Notes under the pieces: generated by a model | The model's database searches: none | Told to the model about the DNA's origin: nothing | What the model saw: the letters and a program-made list of their open reading frames with translations, nothing else | Made by a program: the position numbers and the translations under genes | In this document: positions 24,151 through 35,297 of the stretch, one piece after another | Numbering within the stretch: position 1 is the first letter of the stretch | Layout: every line of letters begins with the position of its first letter | Source of the DNA: Antedon mediterranea | Taxonomy: Eukaryota; Animalia; Echinodermata | NCBI RefSeq assembly: GCF_964355755.1 | Contig: NC_092673.1 | Coordinates: 9,982,001 to 10,046,000, forward strand | Length of the DNA stretch: 64,000 bases | Direction: 5' to 3'

Positions 24151-25995
24151 CACTATAATTTACCAAGGGGGAGAAAATACACAAGTGCATTCACCGGCGA
24201 CTAAAACGCACCTGTAGTCAAGTGTTTGAGATGTATTATAAACTAATAACCCCTAATAATAATTTATTGTTTTCTCTTTTGCAGCAGAGCCACAATTCTT
24301 TACAGATGTGCTAAGAAATAAAAGTACATACAGTACTGTATAAGTGGTTAAAAACAAAAAACATACATAATACTAATAATTAATCAATAATTACTGAAAA
24401 TGTGTAATGTATTAAATAAACACAATTTTCTGACCAATTTTTTAGATATGGGTAAATAAATATATCAATATTGCCATATTTTCCCTGGGTTTTTTTCTGA
24501 ACAAAAAACATACAATTAGCAACAGTTAATAGAATAAGACTGGTCGTTCGTTGGATGATCAATTGATAAAATCAACTTTTTTAGGAAGTTAAAAAAATAA
24601 AAAAAGCTACATTTAAAAAAGAAAAACAATATTTTTGTCTTTTAATAATAATATAAATTCCCATTGGGTTAAGCTATCCCACTGGTGTGAGGTCCAACCT
24701 GAACTCCCATGGTTTTTTTTGGTTAAATTTATTCTCTGCTTTCATTCAAAGGTAGTCTGGGTTCCAGACGGAGTTTTGTCTTAATATTAGTAAAAAGATA
24801 AATATTTTGGCACATATGGCGTTTCATACGTATACTACTTGATTTTGGATACTCCGTCTGGGGAAACACGCACAAGTCACGTGGTTTGGCACCAAGAATT
24901 CTTGGTGCATACGATTATCCGGTTGACTAGTTTCAGCTGCATGCAATTGGCTACTCACTCGTACACCGTTTTAATATTCATATATCAGAATTTCAAAGAC
25001 TCAACAACTAAGATGGTGCGCATGCGCTATGTTACGTTTAGACAATGTGTACTTGGGTTCATTGATGAAAGTTTCTGAAGGCTAGAAATTATTTTATATG
25101 CCTAGTAGGTTGGTAAACATTTGATGGGATTTTTCCTACTGTAAGAACATGAAAACTCGTCTTGATAAGATAGGCTAGCTTCTCCGCAAATCAAACATTG
25201 AATGGATCATTTATTACGCGGAGATAATTTGATTTAATTCCCACCCAGACCCTGTCCTGTTCTGTGTAGTGGTGTAGCTTTGTTGTGTGCCGGTGGTGGT
25301 GTGCAGGTCATACGTGCGAGTTTTTTGAATTTGAATTTCTTTATTTAGTAATCAAGGTTAAAAAACAAAAAAAACAATGCAAAAAAAGAAGAAAAAACAA
25401 TTGCACAGAAACACAGGCCTTGATTACAAGGAATGCCATGAAAAGTTAAAAACTTATTTCCACTTGGGTCCTAAAAACAAGGAACTGATAAAGAACATAC
25501 AAATTACATCAAAAGAATCCTTAAAAAATAGCATAAAAAAACAAAAGTTTAAAAAAAACAGTTTATCTAACACTTATCAAAAATGTAATCCTAAGTTACA
25601 GTTTTAAGAAAGATTTATAATAAGAGATATATACAAAAATTGATTTATTGCACTAAAGTAACAAAATTACAATTGATTTTTACCCTTATTATATTTATAT
25701 TATTTATTCTTAATTTACAGATTACAGAAAATTATTGATTTACTGCATTATGCTAAAACCTTTTTATAATTTATTGCACATGAGAATTAAATATTGAGGA
25801 GATGCTTTTTTAGTGACAATTTAAAATTTTCTAATGAAATATTACTTTTAACATATAATGGTATAGCGTTCCAGGCTTTTATTGAGTTGTAATAAAAAGT
25901 TTTTTGTTCGGAGCCCTTAATTATTGGAATCCTAAAATTTAAATTTGTGGCACTACGTGTCCTTCTAGAGTGGTAATCAACAATACGAACAAAGT

Positions 25996-28900
25996 TTAAC
26001 TATTTAGATACATTGGGGCAGAATTATTAAAAATTTTATATACATTGCATAAACATTTGAACTTAACTCTTTCTGGGACGTTCAGATATCCGATTGATTT
26101 CAGCTCAGATTGACCAACATGAGATCTCGAATCTGATTGAGTAATAAATCTGAATATTTTGTTTTGAGTAGTCTGAAGCCTGAGTTTGTGAACCTGAGAA
26201 GAGTCATTATACCATGCTGGGGAAGCATAGTCAAAAAGAGGCTGAATTAGAGCTGAAGAGAGAAGTTTCCGACTACCAAAATCAAGATATTTGGATTGTC
26301 TGTACATAAATTTTAAACGGCTATTTGCGCTAGTTATTACTGAATTGGCAATCAGATTCCCAGAAGCCTGTTGGTCAATCTGGACACCTAAATACCTTAC
26401 AGACTCTGTTGATTTGATATCACATTCAAGGGCATTGAGTTGGAATGAGACATTTTTTAATCGACGTTTCGTTCCCAACAGAATGCATTCAGTTTTACCT
26501 GGATGAATTGTAAGTCGATTATCAATAAGCCAATCATTACAAAGATTTAACGAAGCACTAAGTACAGCCGAAATAGTATTAGGGTTTCGGTCTGAATACA
26601 AGATGGCACAGTCATCTGCATATAGTAGCACTTTACATTTTGATTCAACTGATGAAACAACATCATTTATGTACACTAGGAACAGCAAAGGTCCCAATAT
26701 GCTCCCTTGGGGGACGCCATGTGCAATAGCCATATTTTTTGATTTACCTCCCTTAATTTCAACAAATTGTTTCCTATTAGACAAGTAAGAGCGGAACCAT
26801 TTAGTTGAATCGCATCCGATTCTTCTGAGTTTATCACAAAGAATGAAGTGATCGACCGAATCGAAGGCCTTTCGAATGTCCAGCAAAACCATACCTGTAA
26901 GAAACCCATTGGCCATTTTTGATTTCACATGATCCAATAAATGAGTAAGACAGGTTTCAGTGGAAAACCCTTCTCTGAAACCAGACTGAGAATCTGTTAT
27001 CACATCATTATCTTCCAGGTGTCTGGCTAGCTGGACATACACAGCCTTTTCTAGAATCTTAGAGGTACAACTTAATAGGCTAACAGGGCGGTAGTTATTT
27101 GTGTCAGTACGATCGCCTTTTTTAAATATCGGCTTTACTTTTGCTATTTTAAATTGGTCTGGTACAATTTCAGTTTTAAGGGAAAGGTTTATTATATGGG
27201 TTAGGGGACCTTTTAAGAAAGTTGCTCCATCTTTTAGAAAACGAGCAGGGATGTTGTCTGGTCCTGTGGCTTTATTAGGATTTAGTGAACTTAAATACTT
27301 TTCAACAAATTCTTCACTCACAGGATCAAGCTTAAATTTGGTAATATTTTTCTTATCATAATGAGTTTTAAAGTAACTAGAACCGGGTAGATATTGATTG
27401 CTTTGTTGAGGTAACTTATTTCTGAGATCCTGAGCAACGTGAGTAAAGAATCTGTTGAATTCGGTTGCAATACCTTTAGGGTCATTTATAGTACTATCTC
27501 CATTTTTTAACACTATCTTTGCATCACTTATGTTCTTATTACTATAACCTAGATTTTTTAAAGTTCTCCAGAGTTCCTTAGGTTTAGCTTTATTTTCTAA
27601 TATTTTGGTTTTTATAAAATCGGCTTTAGCATTTTTAATACTAATTTGAACTAAATTTCTAATTTTAACATAATCTTCATAAATATCTAAATGAGTTTTG
27701 TTGTTAGAGAACCTTTTTAGTAGCCTGTCTCGTTCACGCAGCAAACTAAGAATGTCTCCAGTCATCCATTCTTCAGTTCTTGATTTAATGCGGATACGCT
27801 TCATTGGAGCTATTTTATCTATTAGTGTTATAAGGTGCTGGTGAAAATTTTTAAAAGCAATATTTACATCGTTTGAGTTATACACGTTAGACCAGTCTAT
27901 ATTTTCAGATAATGCAGAATTAAGTAGTTCGGGTGTATAATTTTTTAAAGACCGAAACTCGGCATATTTATGTTCGTTTAATTTAGCACGAGACTTTTTT
28001 CTAATACAAAAGGTGATGAAGTGGTCACTAAGACCGTATTTGAGTATACCACTATGAGTAATTGTGTCCTTGTTGTTACACAATATGTGGTCTATCAATG
28101 TTGATGATGTTGACGTAATTCTGGATGGTTCTTTAATTAATTGGTCTATGCCATGATTATTCAGCAACTCTTCATACTGTTTTGTCAGGGGATTCTTTCG
28201 ATCGAGAACGTTGATATTAAAATCACCTAATATAATGGTCTCTTTTTCATTGCCTCCAATTAGGGTGTTGAAATCCTCGATGAAGCAATGCTGATTCGGT
28301 GGTCGATAGACACACCCTATTAGAATAGGTTTAGACTTAGGTAAAATTATGTCAATCCATACCGTTTCCAGATTGCTGATTGCTGTTACAGGCACTTCAT
28401 TAAAAGCAAGGCTATCTTTTATATAAATTAAAGTTCCACCATGAGCATCTGATTTTCTGTCACATCTGACAGAGCTGTAACCATTCATTCTTATTTCGTC
28501 GTCTGTGATTGACGTATGTAGCCATGTCTCAGTGACACAAATAACGTCTGCCTTGGTATTGATTGCAATTAGTTTGAGCTCAGAAAGTTTGGGCAGAAGG
28601 GATCTAGCATTAAGATGAATCAAATGTAGCCCTTTGTTTTTGAAAACTGCAAGATCAACAGTGTCATTAATATTTTCTGGTCTTGGTACGTTAATGTTGA
28701 CAGAGTCGATAATCTCCGTATCCATAATATATGGAGAAATTTGAAGGATTAGGCAGCGTGGGCATATCCAATTTAGAGAACAATTTTGCTTTAGATCAAT
28801 TCGTCCGCATTTCAAATGACAGTCCTTAAGACAATCAGTACATTGAACATAGCGATGGTTTCTTGCCACAGGGCGTTCACAAACTGCACAAGGATTCTTG

Positions 28901-29136
28901 ACAGGACCAGGATTTGTCTCTATGTCTCCTGCCGTAATTAATGTTCCATTAAATGTAGCGGTGTGATTGGTATAGTACATACAGGGAGCTCCATACCTAT
29001 TTCGTAATTGGCTGGATTGGAAATTGGCTAGGCCCACTTTGTTTACATCTGTGAGTGAGCCAAAACCCTGATAAGGGGCTTCTCGAAGGCTGCCAAAAGT
29101 TAGTAGCCACACCAAACCTAGGCCTAGCAAGATCAT
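25996..29136 (-). CDS. LINE polyprotein: leader peptide + 2A motif + PHD finger + AP endonuclease + RT (C-terminus frameshifted)
   Basis: GDIETNPGP; CAVC..CTDC..H.KC..WICPRC; HLNARSL, VTETWL, GDFN, SDH; YRPVSLL, GVPQGSILGPLLF, YADD. The missing C-terminus (..KAWNAIP) continues in another frame below 25996. Confidence 0.93.
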   Translation of the reverse strand: MILLGLGLVWLLTFGSLREAPYQGFGSLTDVNKVGLANFQSSQLRNRYGAPCMYYTNHTATFNGTLITAGDIETNPGPVKNPCAVCERPVARNHRYVQCTDCLKDCHLKCGRIDLKQNCSLNWICPRCLILQISPYIMDTEIIDSVNINVPRPENINDTVDLAVFKNKGLHLIHLNARSLLPKLSELKLIAINTKADVICVTETWLHTSITDDEIRMNGYSSVRCDRKSDAHGGTLIYIKDSLAFNEVPVTAISNLETVWIDIILPKSKPILIGCVYRPPNQHCFIEDFNTLIGGNEKETIILGDFNINVLDRKNPLTKQYEELLNNHGIDQLIKEPSRITSTSSTLIDHILCNNKDTITHSGILKYGLSDHFITFCIRKKSRAKLNEHKYAEFRSLKNYTPELLNSALSENIDWSNVYNSNDVNIAFKNFHQHLITLIDKIAPMKRIRIKSRTEEWMTGDILSLLRERDRLLKRFSNNKTHLDIYEDYVKIRNLVQISIKNAKADFIKTKILENKAKPKELWRTLKNLGYSNKNISDAKIVLKNGDSTINDPKGIATEFNRFFTHVAQDLRNKLPQQSNQYLPGSSYFKTHYDKKNITKFKLDPVSEEFVEKYLSSLNPNKATGPDNIPARFLKDGATFLKGPLTHIINLSLKTEIVPDQFKIAKVKPIFKKGDRTDTNNYRPVSLLSCTSKILEKAVYVQLARHLEDNDVITDSQSGFREGFSTETCLTHLLDHVKSKMANGFLTGMVLLDIRKAFDSVDHFILCDKLRRIGCDSTKWFRSYLSNRKQFVEIKGGKSKNMAIAHGVPQGSILGPLLFLVYINDVVSSVESKCKVLLYADDCAILYSDRNPNTISAVLSASLNLCNDWLIDNRLTIHPGKTECILLGTKRRLKNVSFQLNALECDIKSTESVRYLGVQIDQQASGNLIANSVITSANSRLKFMYRQSKYLDFGSRKLLSSALIQPLFDYASPAWYNDSSQVHKLRLQTTQNKIFRFITQSDSRSHVGQSELKSIGYLNVPERVKFKCLCNVYKIFNNSAPMYLNS
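28903..28929 (-). other. 2A-like ribosomal skipping (StopGo) motif
   Basis: GDIETNPG|P matches the consensus D(V/I)ExNPG|P; predicted skip between G77 and P78. Confidence 0.85.
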
Positions 29137-29255
29137 GTTTCCTTGGCTTTAAATTTGGTATTTTGTACACAACTATGGGAGAGCAGGTACAAGCTGGTTG
29201 ACTTGCTCTGATGAACAGGTAGTTGTTGAGTAGGACCTACGAAGGAGGTCTAGGC

Positions 29256-29301
29256 CATGGAGGTATAAAAATATATTTTTTTCTATTTTTATACCTCCAT
29301 G
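29256..29301. mobile_element. 46-bp palindromic P-type remnant or footprint
   Basis: 18-bp perfect IR CATGGAGGTATAAAAATA; 7-bp flanks TCTAGGC / CCTAGGC. Confidence 0.65.
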
Positions 29302-29555
29302 CCTAGGCTAAGGACTAAACAATTAATAAACAAAACAACTTGGCAACACGATTTTATATTTCAACAGTCTCGACCGTACATTCAGCACTGTACGTACTCG
29401 ATTTCATTTTGAAACAAAATGATCATTGGTTGATTCGAAATCCATATTTACATACCGCCTGCCCCATATAGCCAAATACGATATGATCACCTACGTCATT
29501 CTTATCGGATGTTTGCGGTCTACAAATCGATTTCTATACACGTTTCACAAGTCTG

Positions 29556-29684
29556 TATTTTCAGACAAAAATCGCGGTCGCAATAAAAACAAATAAATAA
29601 AAAAGACAATACAGACTTGGTATTTTCAGACAAAAATCGCGGTCGCAATAAAAACAAATAAATAAAAAAGACAATACAGACTTT
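29556..29684. repeat. 65-bp tandem duplication
   Basis: TATTTTCAGACAAAAATCGCGGTCGC..ACAGACTT at 29556 and 29621. Confidence 0.85.
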
Positions 29685-29740
29685 GGGGCAAGTCTAATTC
29701 AAAGGTAAAACATTGATAAAATATTTTCTTCATTTTCTAG

Positions 29741-29853
29741 GTGCTTTGGATAATATTATGGTCAATACTAGTGATGGAAAATTTCCTCTCAATCAACTTG
29801 GTTGTATTTCATTTAGGTCTGCTCACTTGGTTGATGTCATCATGCATTCCAAG
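29741..29853 (+). CDS. MRRF: Exon resembling mitochondrial ribosome recycling factor (possibly a pseudogene fragment)
   Basis: ttttctag|..|gtaagg; encodes (G)ALDNIMVNTSDGKFPLNQLGCISFRSAHLVDVIMHSK, similar to recalled metazoan MRRF GSLDKIAVVTADGKLALNQISQIS. Confidence 0.75.
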
Positions 29854-30799
29854 GTAAGGTATTATTATTTTTTAGAACCAGAAAGTCAATAAAGTTTATA
29901 CCTCACACATTTAATTAATCATATCTCAGGGTATGTTCAAACTCATGGTGTTCGGTTTGTCATCTAAAGCAAGGTGCACGATAATCGGTGGCATTAAAAG
30001 TCAAGGTGTTCAGACACAACGATAACATTCCAATGCTTTGTGTGTTCAAAAAGGAAGTTCCATCATACCGTGACGGATGATAGGATACACAATTGATCCA
30101 CCTCCTACAATTAAGTTTATGAAATTATGTCGCCGACAACCAATTTTGATTTTGCCAGGAACTATTGAGAAGAAACATTTTGTGGCATATGATTTAAAAG
30201 GAACAGGTCAAGATCAGTTGTGAGGGCATCCTTCATGGAAAATGGAAGAATTGTTGCGCTCGGTGCGCATGTAGGGTTGAAAGACATATTTTTTTCCCAT
30301 TATTTAGGTTTTTTCAGCCTTTTCTAGTAGTTTTACCAACTTTTAAAACAATTTCGACTTAAAATCACGTCATAGTAGCTCGTCGAATTGGACAAGTTTT
30401 GCGCGTTTTTAATTCGTGAAAATTATGTCTTTTTTTAAACAATCATAGTTTCTACTGTAAACTAAACGGTGAAGTTTATTTTTATTATTTTATATTTTAT
30501 TTCATCTGGTATCCATACCGTAAAGAAAATATAAAACAAATAGAATTAATCCAACGTCGTGCCACCCGTTTCATTTTAAATCAGAAAAGGCAAGAAGACT
30601 CATATGAGAACAGGCTCATCGTCCTTAAAATGTGTATAACTGCTGCTAAGCGGGATTATTTTACTATTTATATGTTATATGTCGTTTATTATTTTACATG
30701 TGTTCCAATAGTTCAATTATACTTGACAATATCCAACAGAGCTCTCGTCATGTTGAAAATATGTTAATTTTTAAAAAAAAAACAAGTACTGATTCGGGT

Positions 30800-31992
30800 A
30801 AATTTAGCATTCCTCCTAGATTTGTGAGGATCTGGAATTCCTTGCCATTGGATGTCAAAAGCCCCTTTCTCACAGATGTGCCTGCAATATACCGGTATTA
30901 TGTTGGCGTTGTGCCGGTATTATGCTGGCGTCGTGCCGGTATTGTTACCGGCATATACCCATTCTCATCAGACTTTCGTGCCGGAAATATAACCGGTATA
31001 TACCAGCTTTCTGTGAGAAAGGCGTCGAGCATATTCGGCCAATAAACAGTCTCTGACAAAATAATTATTGAGGGCGTCCTTTAGTGTTATTATTTTTGTC
31101 TAGCGATATGGCGGTGAATTATAAGTTACAGATTATTATCTTCCTTTATATAGCATATTTATGCAATACATGCTATGTACAGTATATTGTTCATATATTA
31201 TTCAGGTACAGCAATTAATTAGCCGTCATCGGCAATCTGTAAAACACCTTAGAAGGCTGTACAATTTACAAGGCGACGAAGGGTCAGGCACCAACAAACA
31301 AAGAGCTATGAATGGCCTATAGTCTATAGATTATGCTAGAAATTTCTTCTTGTCCCCTTATTTTAAGCAGCTCTCTTATCTCATTATCCCTCCAGTTCGA
31401 CATTATTATTGTTAATTTAATTGAATCGGCGCCAAAGTGATACACTTGATCGCGCAAGGTGTCAAAGCCTTGATGGGGAATTAAATATAACCCTGGAATA
31501 TAACGGCGTTACGTTCTCACAGAATGCCCGTCTGGCATTGCGGGGAATATCCCTAATAATATTACTAGGTCTAAAGCAGGTCATGTCGATGTCGGCATGA
31601 TGCCATGCCGGCATGGTAATGGTATATTCCCGCAATATTCCTGGCACACAGCTCTGTGAGAAAGGGGCTAAAGATACATACGTCTGTAACTCTTGGACCT
31701 ATTTTAAGAGAAAGCTTATAGTAATCACCTTAATCAAATTCATGATTGTAGTAACTTAATCTAAAGTGATTTGATTAATTAATAGTGGGTAATCTTAATC
31801 CTGTATTCATATTCATATATATATATAATAATTAGTTTTTAGTGCATATCTGTATGTTGGACTTGGAGAGGCACGCCCTTTGGCAATAGTAGTCTTTGAC
31901 AGCTTTTGTCTCTCCTGAGTGCTCCACTTTCACGTTTTATGTTATGTTTGTATTGTTTTTACTGAAAGGAATAAAATAAAATAAAAATAAAT
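30800..31992 (+). mobile_element. Old LINE 3' remnant, split by a MITE
   Basis: RFVRIWNSLPLDVK|DTSS C-terminal motif; (AATAA)n tail. Confidence 0.6.
30860..31669. mobile_element. PIF/Harbinger-like MITE (810 bp)
   Basis: TIRs AGCCCCTTTCTCACAGA / TCTGTGAGAAAGGGGCT; 3-bp TSD AAA. Confidence 0.8.
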
Positions 31993-32887
31993 ATTCTGGA
32001 AGTTATTGGATCATTCATCAATACGGCTAACCGGACATTGTGACGACATCACATATAAAATATAGGATTTTTTCTCTTTCGTCATAGCTCATCACATTTA
32101 ATAGAGGGCATCTCCACTTATTCGTTTTCCCCCAGATTTTGATATTGTCAAGGTTAATCAATTATCTTTTGCATGATGTACAATTTTTAAAATGTTGACG
32201 TCATCATGTTCAAAACCGTGAATAAATTGGGTCACTTATTTTCATCATTACAGTGAATTTCAATATGTTATAGCTCCTCAGAATGAAAAGTGATCTCATG
32301 ATTAAAATGTTTTCTGGAAGCTGTTGAATTGTAGATACGAATTCATGTACAAATTTTGCGCATCGGATGTTGTGACGTCATTATATGGCCAGTTAAGTTA
32401 TAAAAGTCGTATTTTCATATTTTGCATCATAGTTCATGACATTTAAAAGAGTGCGCATCTATAATCTAAGTATCCAAATTTCTTCAACACGTTAATAATA
32501 ATGTTGTTGCTAAAATAATTCTCTTCCAAAATTGCTATCTACGTGTTTCATTTTTTTTTACGTCATCTTGTTAAAAATTGGAATAAAAAGGTGGGTCCCA
32601 TTATTTTCACCTATTCTGCAGTGTTTGTAGTATGTGTACGGTATAGTGTATATACTTAGACACAAAATAGAGGGCACAATGGCATATTCGTTTTTCTGTG
32701 TGCAATATTCTAACGTATGACATGCACGTGGCGTTTGCGCGGAGGATAACCTAAATCTAGTTAAATATTTGTGACTGTCCCTTTGATTAAATTTGAATAT
32801 TGGAACTAGATACTAGTAACCTTACTTCACATCTTAATCTAGCTCTACATACACTTAATATACTGTATATACTTTTCTAATTCATAG

Positions 32888-32979
32888 CATGTTAAGGAAT
32901 CTGCAAGTGCTATTCAAGATAGTGGATTGAACCTCAACACTAAAATTCAAGGCACAACCATCCATGTTACTTTACCAAA
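32888..32979 (+). CDS. MRRF: Second MRRF-like exon (92 bp)
   Basis: ttcatag|..|gtatgt; HVKESASAIQDSGLNLNTKIQGTTIHVTLP(K), similar to recalled AIRESGMNLNPEVEGTLIRVPIP; phase-compatible with the 29741-29853 exon. Confidence 0.75.
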
Positions 32980-34219
32980 GTATGTACTCAATAATTATTT
33001 TATTTTTAGCTTCTTATTATAAATTTCAAACTTCAAATTTCATCAGGTCTAAGTTTTAGAATATATTTTTTGTTACACAATATTTCTGCTGAAAATATAT
33101 ATTTTTTTATTTTTTGTGTCTTAAGGAGTCAGGCAGCATTTGTCCCTTTTTTCCCTCTACTTCATATTTTGTGCCAAATTTGAATTTTTGCTTTCATGTG
33201 TTTATTGATACCTTAAGGAACATTTTTTAACTTGGTGTCCAAATTTGCAGCGTATTTTTTACCCATTGAGGGCGTTTTGGAATCTGGAAAATGACCACAT
33301 ACATTAAATCAAATTATGTTTAAAATTACAAATTATAACTCTTGAAGAAGGTCTGAAAATAGTAATAAAAATTGGTCCAGAATTGAAATCCTTGCCTGGA
33401 TTACTCAATCAATCATATCTATCTGTGGAGGTAATAATCAATAATTATTTGAACCTAGCTTGTGTAAGGTATTCAATCATGTCCTTTGCCTTGGTGCGGT
33501 TTCCATGGGTTGGGAAATTGCTAACATCGTCCCAGTTTTTAAAGGTGGCGGTAATCTAAGCAGTTTCAGTCGGTTCCTTAACCTTAGTAGTAGTAATTAA
33601 GATGTTTGAAAATAATCTTAAATGGTAGCGGGACGATTCAGCCCGAAATACAAACTTGTTAAATCATAAGGCGACTTTATCGGAAGTGTACAATGATTCT
33701 TTATCTGGAAAGTTCGACGGGGATTCTAAAAGGTTTGATGGGTAATTTAAAAAACATAAATAAAGTGGTCTAAAAAACAGTGGCGTATCCAGGATTTTGA
33801 AGTTGGGGGGGGGGGGGGGCGGGAATTGCTAATTTGCCGACAAAATTATTGTCATTATCTGTACATACACCTGATCAATATATGTTCTAGGATTGCATAA
33901 TCATATTGTCTTATTCATTCATTCATTCAATCTTTTATTTCGGAAACTCTGGTCCATAGAAAGTAAATTACATATAAATGAAATAAATAAAATAAACAAA
34001 ATTATATGGGATAACGATGCAAAATTAAAATGAAACCAACATTATCTGTTAGTATGTTGTATTCATATTACAATAAAGAAAGAATTAGGAAAATCTGACT
34101 TGTAGTTTTCGAATTATAGGGTCTAAAACATCGCCGAAAATGATCGTTTTTAGCCACGAAAGAAGTAAAACAATTTGAGGCCTCAATCGACAATTCAGTA
34201 ATAACTACGCCATTTTTGA

Positions 34220-34640
34220 TTAAAATAATTACATATAATTACGTTTATTAGTAATTTATTTTATATATCACCATTGGAAATATCAATAAAACATGTTATT
34301 AAATGCTTATAAAATATATAAAGTTGTTTACTTAACGGAATTCGGACAAATTCATTACTAAACTTTGTGTAGTAACGATCAGAGAGATTCATGGTACATG
34401 CGCGAGAGAAAACATTCCGCTGCGGTTGATTCGCATCCACCAATCAAATCAACCGTGAGAAATGCCAATCACGAGAAAGCTCAGCTTTGATTAGCTTACG
34501 ATGACATCATATCACAAAATGGTGGTTTTGTAGTTGAGCCTCACAGAATATTTTGTTCCAAAAATGAAATACATTGATATTTTTTATGGTATGTGTGCTT
34601 TTTCTTTACAAAATTTGAATAATAAAGGCCTCATATCGAG
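34220..34640. repeat. Dispersed repeat, unclassified; second copy at about 44413-44832
   Basis: Shared TTTATATATCACCATTGGAAATATCAATAA..CCTCATATCG with moderate divergence. Confidence 0.75.
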
Positions 34641-35297
34641 AAAAAAAAACGTGTTTTTGGCACTTATAATAAATATATCTTAGAGAAAAAAGCACATGGC
34701 ATGTGGAACCATATGTAACCCAGGTTTAGTCTCCCTCAATCAATACTTATCTTTTAAATAAACAAATATCTTGGAGACAAACTAATCAAAGTACATCAAA
34801 ACAATCTAAATTTGGAGAAACTATTTATTGAGTAAAAGTTAGTATAAATAAATGTTTGGTCACTATAAAAGACCACAAACAATAAAACAAAACTTAAATC
34901 AATAATCAAGATTTACATAAAACTAAAACCGGTATTGACTTAGAAACCCCCAAGGCGCCGTTTAAATATTTTAAAGTTGACTTGGTTTTAAGCAAAATTT
35001 GCATTATCGCTTCCAACGCTGTCTTCTTCCAATCTGTCTATGATTTTTCGATATCCAGTGTTTCCACGCCTGCAGTTGGATTTCTTATTTATATCTTCAG
35101 TAATGTAATGTAGTTGCTGCCCTCTATGTAGAAAAAGTGTGTGCAACATGGACGATGTGAATAAAGTATAATATGGAAGAGTGATAAACATTACAATTTG
35201 GCGACGAGGATAAACGTGAATAAATGAGGATAGATAAATTAGATAAATGAGAATCGTAACTATACCGTCTTAGTTAAATATCGTTTGAATAACCACC

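Larger units (their letters stand above)
25321..29200 (-). mobile_element. CR1-group (CR1/Crack/Daphne-like) single-ORF LINE, near full length
   Basis: Long ORF, AT-rich 3' UTR, AATAAA plus (AAATTC)n tail at about 25321-25345; 5' end approximate. Confidence 0.88.
30245..32760 (+). mobile_element. Degenerate Helentron-like family A copy, interrupted by a LINE remnant, in the MRRF-like intron
   Basis: 30245-30475 and 31993-32760 align by eye to about 46020-46870 and 51430-51525; ends GGATAACCTAAATCTAG. Confidence 0.7.

Noticed and set aside
29548-29619. IR CAAGTCTGTATT / AATACAGACTTG as another P-type footprint
   Set aside because: No matching TSD, and it is confounded by the tandem duplication
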